Shown here piece after piece: positions 49,625-62,817 of a stretch of DNA of 64,000 nt. A program made the position numbers and the translations under genes. Origin of the DNA: Mobula hypostoma (taxonomy: Eukaryota); contig NC_086108.1 of assembly GCF_963921235.1 (NCBI RefSeq), positions 112,532,001 through 112,596,000 of the forward strand. Direction: 5' to 3'. Under the pieces are notes generated by a model, which was not told where the DNA came from, ran no database searches, and was given only the letters and a program-made list of their open reading frames with translations. The stretch's first letter is position 1, and every line of letters starts with the position of its first letter.

Positions 49625-52600
49625 GTACCTAAAAAGACCAAGGTAACATGCCAGAACGACTGGCGTCCTGTCACACTCATCTCAATAATAAGCAAATGCT
49701 TTGAGAGGCTGGTCAAGGATTACATCTGCAGCTTGCTACCACCCACACTGGACCCCTACAATTCTCCTACAGACACAACCGATCGACAGATGACAAAATA
49801 GCCACAGTTCTACATACCATCCTTACACATCTGGAGAAGAAGGATGCTTATGTGAGAATGCTTTTCTTGGACTACAGTTCAGCATAAAACAGCATAATTC
49901 CATCGGGGCTCGACAAGAAGCTCAGAGACCTTGGCCTTCACCCTGCCTTGTGCAGCTGGATCCTGGACTTCCTGTCAGATTGGTGGCTGATGGTAAGAGT
50001 GAGATCCCTCACCTCTCCCCTTCTGACTCTCAACACAGGAGCCCCTCAGGGCTGTGTACTGAGACCCCTCCTTTACTCCCTGTATCGCCACCCATAGCTC
50101 CAATCTGCTAATTAAATTTGCTGACGACACTACATTGATTGGCCTAATCTCAAACAATAAGGAAGAAGTCATCTGTCTGACACAGTGGTGTCAAGAAAAC
50201 ATCCTCTCCCTCAATGTCACAAAAACAAAGGAGTTGGTTGTGGATGACAGGAGAAATGGAGATGGGCTAACCCTTATTGACATCAATGGATCTGGGGTTG
50301 AGAGGGTAAACAGCTTTAAGTTCCTCAGCATCCACATCACTGAGGACCTCACGTGGTCTGTACACACCAGCTGTGTGGTGAAAAAGACACAACAGCGCCT
50401 CTTTCACCTCAGACAGTTGAGGAAGTTTGGTATGGGCCCCCAGATCCTAAGAACTTTCTACAGAGGCATAATTGAGAGCATTCTCCTACGAAGACATTAC
50501 TTCCTACATAGCGAAACCCAATAGCATGAATGGCAGCGATGCTTCAGTACCAGATGAGCTCAACACCTTCTATGCCCGCTTTGAAAGGGAGAATACAACT
50601 ACAGCTGTGAAGATCCCTGCTGCACCTGATGACCCTGTGACCTCTGTCTCAGAGGTCGACGTTTGGCTGTCTTTAAAGAGAGTGAACCCTAGCAAGGCGG
50701 AAGATCCCGATGGAGTACCCGGTAAGGCTCTGAAAACCTGTGCCAACCAACTAGCAGGAGTATTCAAGGACATTTTCAACCTCTCACTGCTACAGGCAGA
50801 AGTTCCTACTTGCTTCAAAAAAGCAACAATTATACCAGTGCCAAAGAAGAATAATGTGGGCTGCCTTAATGACTATCGCCCGGTAGCACTCACATCTACA
50901 GTGATGAAATGCTTTGAGAGGTTGGTCATGACTAGACTGAACTCCTGCCTCAGCAAGGACCTGGACCCATTGCAATTTGCCCATCGTCACAATAGGACAA
51001 CGGCAGATGCAATCTCAATGGCTCTTCACAGGGCTTTAGACCACCTGGACAACACAAACACCCACGTCAGGATGCTGTTCATCGACTGTAGCTCAGCATT
51101 CAATACCATCATTCCCACAATCCTGATTGAGAAGTTGCAGAATCTGGTCCTCTGTATTTCCCTCTGCAATTGGATCCTCAACTTCCTAACCGGAAGACCA
51201 CAATCTGTGCAGATTGGTGATAACATCTCCTCCTCACTGACGATCAACACTGGTGCACCTCAGGGGTGTGTGCTTAGCCCACTGCTCTACTCTCTGTATA
51301 CACATGACTGTGTGGCTAGGCATAGCTCAAATACCATCTACAAATTTGCTGATGATACAACCATTGTTGGTAGAATCTCAGGTGGTGATGAGAAGGTGTA
51401 CAGGAGTGAGATATGCCAACTAGTGGAATGGTGCTGCAGCAACAACCTGGCACTCGACGTCAGTAAGACGAAAGAGCTAATTGTGGATTTCAGGAAGGGT
51501 AAGACGAAGGAACACATAACAGTCCTCATAGAGGGATCAGAAGTGGAGAGAGTGAGCAGCTTCAAGCTCCTGGGTGTCAAGATCTCTGAGGATCTAACCT
51601 GGTCCCAAGATATCGATGTAGTTATAAGGAAGGCAAGACAGCAGCTATACTTTATTAGGAATTTGAAGAGATTTGGCATGTCAACACATACACTCAGAAA
51701 CTTCTATGGTTGTACCATGGAGAGCATTCTGACAGGCTGCATCACTGTCTGGTATGGAGGGGCTACTGCACAGGACCGAAAGAAGCTGCAGAGGGTTATA
51801 AATCTAGTCAGCTCCATCTTGGGTACTAGCCTACAAAGTACCCAGGACATCTTTAGGGAGCAGTGTCTCAGAAAGGCAGCGTCCATTATTAGGGACCTCC
51901 AGCACCCAAGGCATGCCCTTTTCTCACTGTTACCATCAGGTAGGAGATACAGAAGCCTGAAGGCACACACTCAGCGATTCAAAAACAGCTTCTTCCCCTC
52001 TGTCATCCAATTCCTAAATGGACATTGAAGCCTTGGACACTACCTCACCTCTTTTAATGTACAGTATTTCTGTTTTTGCATATTTTTTAAAAAATCTATT
52101 CAATATACGTAATAGATTTACTTGTTTATTTACAATATTTTATTTTATTTATTATTACTATTATTTTTTTCTCTCTCTGCTAGATTATGTATTGCATTGA
52201 ACTGCTGCTGCTAAGTTAACAAATTTCACGTCACATGCCGGTGACAATAAACCTGATTCTGATTCTGACCTCCTGCATCACTGCCTGGCACGGGAACTAT
52301 ACCTTCCTTAACCGCAGGACTCTGCAGAGAGTGGTGCAGACAGCCCAGTGCATCTGTAGTTGTGAACTTCCCATGGTTCAGGACATTTACAAAGACAGGT
52401 GTGTTAAAGGGGCCCAAAGGATCACTGGGGACCCAAGACACTCCAACCACAATCTATTCCAGCTGCTACCATCAGTACCGCAGCATAAAAGCCAGGACCA
52501 ACAGGCTCGGGGACAGCTTCTTCCACCAGGCCATCAGACTGATTAACTCACGCTGATTTGAATGTATTCCTATGTTACATTGACTGTTCTATTTAGTATA

Positions 52601-52775
52601 AATTACTATGATTACACATTGCACATTGGTTGGTGCGGCTGTAACGAAACCCAATTTCCCTCGGGATCAATAAAGCATATCTATCTATCTATCTAGACGG
52701 AGAGGGAACGAAAAGATTTTTACTCCTCATGTATGTGAAGGATGTAAGAAATAAAGTAAGTTCCATTCAATTCAT
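49625..52775 (+). mobile_element. Older Rex1/Babar-like LINE (49625-50484 and 52269-52775) hosting a younger relative
   Basis: RT remnants ([25 protein letters not shown]). The host reading [10 protein letters not shown] resumes as TSCITAWHG after the insertion. Confidence 0.8.
50485..52268 (+). mobile_element. Young Rex1/Babar-like LINE, 5'-truncated, uninterrupted RT frame to 52028
   Basis: [48 protein letters not shown] and [11 protein letters not shown]; tail AATAAACC(TGATTC)n. Confidence 0.9.
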
Positions 52776-54322
52776 AAATAGTGCAAAAGAGGACACATGG
52801 ACGATAGAGAAATGGAAGGCTATGTAGAAGGGACGGGGGGGGGGTTAGATTGATTTCGAGGCGGCTAGAGGGTTGTCACAACATGGTGGGCCAAAGGGCC
52901 TGTACTGTGCTGTACTGTTCTATGCTCTAAGTAACTAAGGTGTCTCCATGAACCATTCAGAATCCTGATGGCAGAGGAGAATAAGCTATTCCTGAATTCC
53001 TCAATGTGTGTCTTCTGGCTCCTGTACCGCCTCCCTATTGGTTGTAATGAGAAGACAGCATATCCCGGAGGATGCTTAACGATGGATGCCGCCTTCCTGA
53101 GGTATTGCCTTTGAAGATGTCCTCGATGGTGGGGAGGCACTGAGTTTACATCCCTCTACAGCCACTTGTCATCCTGTGCATTGGAGCGTCCATACCAGTC
53201 AGGAAGCTCGTCTCATTTGCCACATTTGACCCATATCCCCTTAAACCAGGGCTTCCCAATCTTTTCATGCCATGAAGTCTTACCATTAACCCAGGGATCC
53301 ATGCACCCCAGGATGGAAACCCCTGTTCTAAACCTTTCCTATCCACGTGCCTGTCTGAGCAAAACACACAAAATTCCGGAGGAGCTCAGCAGGCCAAGCA
53401 GCTTCTATGGAAACAAGATCCCGAAATGTTGATCGTGTACTCTTCTCCTCAGATGCTGCCTGGCTGCTGAGTTCCTCCAGCATTTTGTGTGTGTTGCTCG
53501 GATTTCCGGCATCAGCAGGTTTTCTTGTCTATGTACCTGTCCAAGTACCTTTTGAATATTGTTTATTACGAGCTTGAGGAGACTTTGTATGTCACCAAAG
53601 ACTCTCACAAATTTCTGCAGATGCCCTGTGGAGAGCATTCCAACTGGTTCTATCACTATCTGGTGTGGTGGGACCACTGCATGGGATTGGAAAAAGCTGC
53701 AGAATGTTGTAAACTCAGCTAGCTCCATCATGGGCACCAGCCTCCCCAGCGTCCAGGACACCTTCAAAAGGAGATACCTCAAAAAGGCAGCATCCTTCAT
53801 TAAGGACCTCATCACCCAGGACATGCCCTCTTGTCATTGCTACCATCAAGGTGCGGGTACAGGAGTCCGAAGACACATAATCAACGTTTCAGGAACAGCT
53901 TCTTCCCTCCGCTAGCAGATTTCTGAATAGACTATCAACCCATAAACACCGCTCACTACTTTTTGCTCTCTTTTTGTACGACTCATTTAATTTAAATATA
54001 GTATTTTATAGTTTTTTTATTATGTACTACTGCTACAAAACAACAAATTTTACGACATGTGCCAATGATATTAAACCTGATCCTGATTTTGTCTTCAACA
54101 ACAAACAAGAGAAAATCTGTGGATGCTGGAAATCCAAGCAACACACACAAAATGCTGGAGGAACTCAACAGGCCAGGGATTAGGCAGAAAAACAGTTAGC
54201 ATGGACTAGATGGGCTGAAGGTACTGTTTCTGTACTGTAGTGCTCTATCACTATGACGCAAGTCCCTTTTAAACTTTTCCCCTCTCGACCTAAACCTGCG
54301 CCTGCTTGTTTCTGTCCCTTTA

Positions 54323-56925
54323 CATAGAAACATAGAAACATAGAAAATAGGTGCAGGAGTAGGCCATTCGGCCCTTCGAGCCTGCACCGCCATTTATTAT
54401 GATCATGGCTGATCATCCAACTCAGAACCCAGCCTTCCCTCCATACCCCCTGACCCCTGTAGCCACAAGGGCCATATCTAACTTCCTTTTAAACATAGCT
54501 AATGAACTGGCCTCAACAGTTTGCTGTGGCAGAGAATTCCACAGATTCACCACTCTCTGTGTGAAGAAGTTTTTCCTAACCTCGGTCCTAAAAGGCTTCC
54601 CCTCTATCCTCAAACTGTGACCCCTCGTTCTAGACCTCCCCAACATCGGGAACAATCTTCCTGCATCTAGCCTGTCCAATCCCTTTAGGATCTTATACGT
54701 TTCAATCAGATCCCCCCTCAATCTTCTAAATTCCAACGAGTACAAGCCCAGTTCATCCAGTCTTTCTTCATATGAAAGACCTGCCATCCCAGGAATCAAT
54801 CTGGTGAACCTTCTTTGTACTCCCTCTATGGCAAAGATGTCTTTCCTCAGATTAGGGGACCAAAACTGCACACAATACTCCAGGTGTGGTCTCACCAAGG
54901 CCTTGTACAACTGCAGTAGTACCTCCCTGCTCCTGTACTCGAATCCTCTCGCTATAAATGCCAGCATACCGTTCGCCTTTTTCACCGCCTGCTGTACCTG
55001 CATGCCCACTTTCAATGACTGGTGTATAATGACACCCAGGTCTCGTTGCACCTCCCCTTTTCCTAATCGGCCACCATTCAGATAATAATCTGTTTTCCTA
55101 TTTTTGCCACCAAAGTGGATAACTTCACATTTATCCACATTAAATTGCATCTGCCATGAGTTTGCCCACTCACCCAACCTATCCAAGTCACCCTGCATCC
55201 TCTTAGCATCCTCCTCACTGCTAACACTGCCACCCAGCTTCGTGTCATCCGCAAACTTGGAGATGCTGCATTTAATTCCCTCATCCAAGTCATTAATATA
55301 TATTGTAAACAACTGGGGTCCCAGCACTGAGCCTTGCGGTACCCCACTAGTCACCGCCTGCCATTCTGAAAAGGTCCCGTTTATTCCCACTCTTTGCTTC
55401 CTGTCTGCTAACCAATTCTCCACCCACACCAATACCTTACCCCCAATACCGTGTGCTTTAAGTTTGCACACTAATCTCCTATGTGGGACCTTGTCAAAAG
55501 CCTTTTGAAAATCCAAATATACCACATCCACTGGTTCTCCCCTATCCACTCTACTAGTTACATCCTCAAAAAATTCTATGAGATTCGTCAGACATGATTT
55601 TCCTTTCACAAATCCATGCTGACTTTGTCCGATCATTTCACCGCTTTCCAAATGTGCTGTTATCACATCCTTGATAACTGACTCCAGCAGTTTCCCCACC
55701 ACCGACGTTAGGCTAACCGGCCTATAATTCCCCGGTTTCTCTCTCCCTCCTTTTTTAAAAAGTGGGGTTACATTAGCCACCCTCCAATCCTCAGGAACTA
55801 GTCCAGAATCTAACGAGTTTTGAAAAATTATCACTAATGCATCCACTATTTCTTGGGCCACTTCCTTAAGCACTCTGGGATGCAGACCATCTGACCCTGG
55901 GGATTTATCTGCCTTCAATCCCTTCAATTTACCTAACACCACTTCCCTACTAACATGTATTTCGCTCAGTTCCTCCATCTCACTGGACCCTCTGTCCCTT
56001 ACTATTTCTGGAAGATTATTTATGTCCTCCTTAGTGAAGACAGAACCAAAGTAATTATTCAATTGGTCTGCCATGTCCTTGCTCCCCATAATCAATTCAC
56101 CTGTTTCTGTTTGCAGGGGACCTACATTTGTCTTTATCAGTCTTTTCCTTTTTACATATCTATAAAAGCTTTTACAGTCCGTTTTTATGTTCTCTGCCAG
56201 TTTTCTCTCATAATCTTTTTTCCCCTTCCTAATTAAGCCCTTTGTCCTCCTCTGCTGAACTCTGAATTTCTCCCAGTCCTCAGGTGAGCCACTTTCTCTG
56301 GCTAATTTGTATGCTACTTCTTTGGAATTGATGCTATCCCTAATTTCTCTTGTCAGCCACGGGTGCACTACCTTCCTTGATTTATTCTTTTGCCAAACTG
56401 GGATGAACAATTGTTGTAGTTCATCCATGCAACCTTTAAATGCCTGCCATTGCATATCCACCGTCAATCCTTGAAGTGTCATTTGCCAGTCTATCTTAGC
56501 TAATTCATGTCTCATACCTTCAAAGTTACCCCTATTTAAGTTCAGAACCTTTGTTTCTGAATTAACTACGTCACTCTCCATGTTAATGAAGAATTCCACC
56601 ATATTATGGTCACTCTTACCCAAGGGGCCTCTCACGACAAGATCGCTAATTAACCCTTCCTCATTGCTCAAAACCCAGTCCAGAATAGCCTGCTCTCTAG
56701 TCGGTTCCTCGACATGTTGGTTCAAAAAACCATCCCGCATACATTCCAAGAAATCCTCTTCCTCAGCACCTTTACCAATTTGGTTCACCCAGTCTACATG
56801 TAGATTGAAGTCACCCATTATAACTGCTGTTCCTTTATTGCACACATTTCTAATTTCCTGTTTAATACCATCTCCGACCTCACTACTACTGTTAGGTGGC
56901 CTGTACACAACTCCCACCAGCGTCT
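54323..56925 (-). mobile_element. Young CR1 LINE, 5'-truncated, with an uninterrupted partial ORF2 (54422-56925)
   Basis: Nearly identical to 3406-6541 (roughly 17 aa differences by eye over ~830 codons); same (CATAGAAA)n tail. The first ~24 aa of the track ORF come from flanking DNA. Confidence 0.95.
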
Positions 56926-58189
56926 GAGGAGAGGAGGCGCCAGAGGCGGTGTTGCGTGGTGGTTGTCCTTGCTGGAATGGGGCATGGATCCCTCCCATCC
57001 GTGCTGCCCTCCGGTGTTCGCTCAGTGGAAAACCAGCCGGATTGTGTTTGTCTGCGGCCGCACTAGCCCGCGATGATTAGACTGCTGCGGGCTTGTTCTC
57101 GCCAGCAACATCCATGCGCCATCAATCGACAGGACATGATACTCAGGCACTTGGGCCAGATTATTATTCTTTTGCGTGACTGTATGTTTACTGCTGTCAT
57201 AATTATATGTGTGAAATGTGCCTCGCATGGTGTGTGATTGTTAGTACTGTCATTTACACTTTGTTTGATTGTAGTCATGTGTGGTTGAATGATAATTAAA
57301 CATGAACTGGAACTTTTCCCTGGGGAAAAAGACGAAGATGTCAATGTGCATTTACCCTATCTAGGACTCTCACAATGTGACAGAACCTTCAGGTTTTCCA
57401 GTCGAAGATCTGCATCACATTTTGGAATAGTAGTAGTCTCCCTGCAAGTTTGAGTGGTCCTGTCTGACGCAAATAAGATCCTTCAGCCCAAATGTCTATC
57501 TTTCTATTTATTTATTTAAAGATAAAGCACAGAACTGCACCACCTGGCAACACATTTGTTTAACCCTGGTCTAATCACAGGGTAATTTACAACAACCGAC
57601 TAACCTGCTAACCTCTTTGGACTGTGGGAGGAAACCAGAGCACCCGGAGGAAACTCATGCACACATGGGAAGGAACATACAAGCTTCTTACAGAGGTGTC
57701 AGAGTTGGACTCTGAATTCTGAGACACCCCAAGCTGTAATAGTGTTGCACTAACTGCTACACTATCGTGGGGCCCCTATGTCCCGTAGTCGTATTCCCAA
57801 ACCACTTCTCTCTATATCTCACCCACTGTGTCTGCCTTGTATTCCTTTCTCAAACATGTCATCCTGTTATAGGTGCTGAGGTCAAGAAGGTTGAGAACTT
57901 CAATTTCTTTGGCGTGAACATCACCAACAGCCTGTCCTGGTCAAACTATGTAGACAACATGGTCAAGGAAGCACCTCTACTTCCTCAGGAGGCTAGAAAC
58001 ATTTGGCACGTCCCCGCAGACCCTCACCAATTTATATCAGTGTACAATAGGAATCACCACAGCTTGCTTTGGCAACTGCTCCGCACGTGACCATGAGAAA
58101 CTGTGGAGAGTCGTGGAAGCAGCTCAGCACATCACAGAAACCAGGCCCCCCTCCTTGGACACTGTCTACACTTCTCACTGCCTCGGTGA

Positions 58190-58918
58190 AGGAGGAGGGA
58201 GGAGAAGATGGCGGCGCGACGCAGCGTGCGCGGCCGTTCCGAATGATATCGTATATTAGATTATGAGGACACGCAGTCCTCTTTTATTGTCATTTAGTAA
58301 TGCACGCATTAAGAATATGTTTTAACTAGGGGGCCGTGCACAATCCTGATTTGATGGAGACAGTTGTGAGAAGCACGGAGGAACACCTGGAGAAACTTCT
58401 GAAATGCCCGCTTCACTGCCGCTGCTACTGTGCAATCGAGAATCTCCGGAGAGTAAGGCCCCAAATCCTCGGCTTTGCCTATTGCTTGTTGCCGGGGCCG
58501 GGGTCGAAGCGCTCGGCAGAGATGGTGCTCGGTGCTCGGTGTCGGAGAGCTGGTCGGAAGCTCGGAGTTTTCCGACGGGCTCGGAGTTGGACTGTGGTCG
58601 GATGCTTCCAGGATGCTGCATCGGCAAGTTGGCGGCGCTGGAGGTTCACCGTCTGCATGAGATGATGGGACTTTCGAGAGACTTTGAGACTTTTTACCGT
58701 GCCCATGGTCTGTTCTTTATCAAATTACGGTATTGCTTTGCACTGTTGTAACTATATGTTATAATTATGTGGTTTTTGTCAGTTTTTCAGTCGGATTGTC
58801 ATGTGTTTCTGTGATATCATTCTGGAAAAAAACATTGTATCATTTCTTAATTCATGCATTACTAAATGACAATAAAAGGGGACTGTGTGTCCTCATCATC
58901 TAATCCAATCTAATCTAA
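58190..58918 (+). mobile_element. Non-autonomous LINE-derived element (GC-rich head with AAGATGGCGGC, stem-loop and (ATCTA)n tail)
   Basis: YY1-like AAGATGGCGGCG at ~58205; body homologous to 37876-38356; no RT coding sequence. Confidence 0.65.
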
Positions 58919-59157
58919 AGCAGCCAGCATAATCAGTGACTCCACCCACACCAGACATCCTCCCTTCTTCCCCGGAAGATACGAAAGCCCAAAAGCATGT
59001 ACTGCCAGCAGCATGAAGAGCGTCTATCCCACTGTTATCAGACTATTGAATGGTTCCTAGTATGATAACATGGACTCTTGGGCTCTTCATTATGATCTCG
59101 TACCTTACGGTCTGCCTGCACTGCACTTTCTCCGTAACTGTAATATTTTATTTGCCA

Positions 59158-59287
59158 ACAACAGGAATTCTGCAGATGCTGGAAATTCAAGCAACACACA
59201 TAAAAGTTGCTGGTGAACGCAGCAGGCCAGGCAGCATCTCTAGGAAGAGGTACAGTCACGTTTCAGGCCGAGACCCTTCGTCAGGAC
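59158..59287 (-). mobile_element. PLE end fragment that terminates at the hammerhead 5' boundary
   Basis: 15-bp TSD ATATTTTATTTGCCA (59143-57, 59288-302). The ribozyme lacks the cleavage-site C (GAAACGTGACTG). Confidence 0.82.
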
Positions 59288-59309
59288 ATATTTTATTTGC
59301 CATTCTGTT

Positions 59310-61555
59310 ATTAGACCATAAGATCATAAGACAAAGGAGCAGAAGTCGGCCATTTGGCCCATTGAGTCTGCTCTGCCATTTTATCATGAGCTGATCCATT
59401 CTCCCATTTAGTCCCACTCCCCCGCCTTCTCACCATAACCTTTGATGCCCTGGCTACTCAGATACCTATCAATCTCTGCCTTAAATACACCCAATGACTT
59501 GGCCTCCACTGCTGCCCGTGGCAACAAATCCCATAGATTCACCACCCTCTAGCTAAAAAAATTTCTTCGCATTTCTGTTCTGAATGAGCGCCCTTCAATC
59601 CTTAAGTCATGCCCTCTCATACCAGACTCCCCCATCATGGGAAACAACTTTGCCACATCCTCTCTGTCCATGCCTTTCAACATTCGAAATGTTTCTATGA
59701 GGTCTCCCCTCATTCTTCTAAACTCCAAGGAATACAGTCCAAGAGCGGACAAACGTTCCTCATATGTTAACCCTCTCATTCACAGAATCATTCTAGTGAA
59801 TCTTCTCTGTACCCTCTCCAATGTCAGCACATCCTTTCTTAAATAAGGAGACCAAAACTGCCCACAGTACTCCAAGTGAGGTCTCACCAGCGCCTTATAG
59901 AGCCTCAACATCACATCCCTGCTCCTATACTCTATTCTTCTAGAAATGAATGCCAACATTGCATTCGCCTTCTTAACCACCGACTCAACCTGGAGGTTAA
60001 CTTTAAGGATATCCTGTACGAGGACTCCCAAGTCCTGTTGCATCTCAGAACTTTGAATTCTTTCCCCATTTAAATAATAGTCTGCCCATTTATTTCTATT
60101 GCCAAAGTGCATAACCATACACTTTCCAACATTGTATTTCATTTGCCACTTTTTTGCCCATTCTCCCAATCAATCCAAGTCTCTCTGCAGATTCTCTGTT
60201 TCCTCAGCACTACTGGCCCCTCCACCTATCTTTGTATCGTCAGCAAACTTAGTCACAAAGCTATCTGTTCCATAATCCAAATCGTTGATGTACAATGTAA
60301 AAAGAAGCGGCCCCAACACTGATCCCTGTGGAACATCACTGGTAACCGGCAGCCAACCAGAATAGGATCCCCACTCTCTGTTTCCTGCCAATCAGCCAAT
60401 GCTCTATCCACATATGTAACTTTCCCGTAATTCCATGGGCTCTTATCTTGTTAAGTAGCCTCATGTGTGGCCTTATTGTTTGAGATGGCATGGTAAACAT
60501 GGTGGGGATATTTGGCAACCAGAGCTGAACACAACACTCCGTGTGGTCAAACCAGGGTTTTGCAGAGCTGCAACATTTTCCCTTGACTATTAACGGCCGA
60601 CACACCATGCGCCTTCTGAACCGCCTTGTTGTGCAGGTAGGTTGAAGGGAAGTAATGGAGTTGAGTATGACGTTCTCCTGAGGGGCTAACGGAGAATGCC
60701 TTTGTGGGGAGAAGGATGCATGGGCAGCCACCACCTGGTCCTTGACAGATCAGGCTCAGCTTCCAGCAGAATGGAATTCAAAATCACTGGGGACCCTTCA
60801 CTGCCGTTCTGATGTGTCCTCATCTTCCTCCAGCTCCACCACTGAGGTCTGGGTTGGATCACTTTTTGTCTCGAACCAACCCCTTGACCTTACCACCATG
60901 GGTGGCCCTATCAAGAGCTAAACTCCAGAAGGCATCTTGCTCCTGGGATCTCAAGAACTCATAAGCCTCTCCACCACGCCAAGGTGACGATCCTCAGAGA
61001 AGGTTCAAGTAGCTGTTCTTGAATCTGGTGATGTGGGACCCTTGCCCATTGGTAGCTTCAAACATAAAACATAGAACATAGAATAGTACAGCACGGTACC
61101 GGCCCTTCAGCCCACAATATTGTGCCGACCCTCAAACCCTGCCTCCCATATAAGCCCCCACCTTAGATTCCTCCACATACCTGTCTAGTAGTCTCTTAAA
61201 CTTCACTAGTGTATCTGCCTCCACCACTGACTCAGACAGTGCATTCCACGCACCAACCACTCTCTGAGTAAAAAAACCTTCCTCTAATATCCCCCTTGAA
61301 CTTCCCACCCCTTACCTTAAAGCCATGTCCTCTTGTATTGAGCAGTGGTGCCCTGGGGAAGAGGCGCTGGCTATCCACTCTATCTATTCCTCTTATTATC
61401 TTGTACACCTCTATCATGTCTCCTCTCATCCTCCTTCTCTCCAAAGAGTAAAGCCCTAGCTCCCTTAATCTCTGATCATAATGCATACTTTCTAAACCAG
61501 GCAGCATCCTGGTAAATCTCCTCTGTACCCTTTCCAATGCTTCCACATCCTTCCA
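59310..61555 (-). mobile_element. CR1 fragments (59310-60470, 61061-61555) and an RTE 5'-UTR-like piece (~60690-61005)
   Basis: [23 protein letters not shown] and RPHLEYC peptides. GTCACCTTGGCGTGGTGGAGAGG on - resembles RTE/Expander 5' ends (from recall). Confidence 0.75.
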
Positions 61556-62817
61556 CATCAAGATTGTCATCTCATGTTCTAATGATAGTCAGCTGCTTAT
61601 TGAATCATTATTATTTTATTTTGTATTTGCAGTTTGTTGTCTTTGGCACACTGGTTGTGTCCGTCCAGCTGGGTGCAGTCTTTCATTGATTCTATCGTGT
61701 TTCTTGGATTTACTGTGAATGCCCACAAGGAAACAAATCCCGGGGTTGTATATGGTGACATATTTGTACTTTGATAATAAATTTACTTTGAACTTTGAAC
61801 ATTGAAGAATATTTTCTATCATTCTGTTTCCCTTTCCGTAGGCCAGCTCTGAACTTGGGACGCTATTAAAAGTACCACAGAATTAAATGTTGTATGTGCC
61901 AATGGTGAATAAAGAGAGTTATTCATTGAGGAAGGTCAAAACAAGGAATGGAAATCTAGTTACTTATTCAATAACGATGACAGTGATGGACAGGAATGCT
62001 CGACAGTGGATGGTCAACACTACCCAACACCTCACGAGCAACAGCCTACACACCATCTAAGTATGTTTGTACATATACACAGAAAGGTGCTGGGAAAGGG
62101 CCAGTAACATCGTGAAGGATCCCATCCACCCACTCTGCTCATGGACTTTGTCCCTCTCTCATCAGGGACAAGACTATGTAGCATCCACACCAGGACCACC
62201 AGACAGTGAGGGTGATCAACACCTCCACCCACTAACCCCGACCACCACGACTTTATCATTTCCTGTCAGTCACCTTCTGTACAGACACTCCTGTGCCTAG
62301 CGTCACTTTATGGACATATAATCAATCTATCTGTACAAGCTATCTTATGTATTTATATTTATTGTGTTTTTATTATGATTGTGTTCTTTATCTTTTATTT
62401 GTGCTGCATGGATCTGGAGTAATGATTATTTCCTTCTCACTCACACTTGTGTAGATTAACCAGTCGTGAATCTTGAACAAGTTCTGGTTGTCTCACTCTG
62501 GGAAACGTCTAGCTGTGCTGGAGAGAGTGTAGAGGAGACTGGCCTGGACTGGAGGACTTTAGTTGCGGGGAGAGATTGGAGAGATGAGGCTTGCTTTCCC
62601 TGCAGCGTAGGAGGCTGAGGAGGAGTTGTGATAAAGGGGTGTAGATGAGGGGTGTATGAGGTATCCATGGAGAGGTAGCACCTCTAGTCCATTCTGGGAC
62701 AGCTCAGTCACTTCTGGTTCCCACCAGACACTCAGCTCTCATAAACGGCTCCAAATAGCAGTTTGCATGTGACAGCGGCCCACACTCTAGTACACTGCTT
62801 CCACAGGCAGGCTAAAC

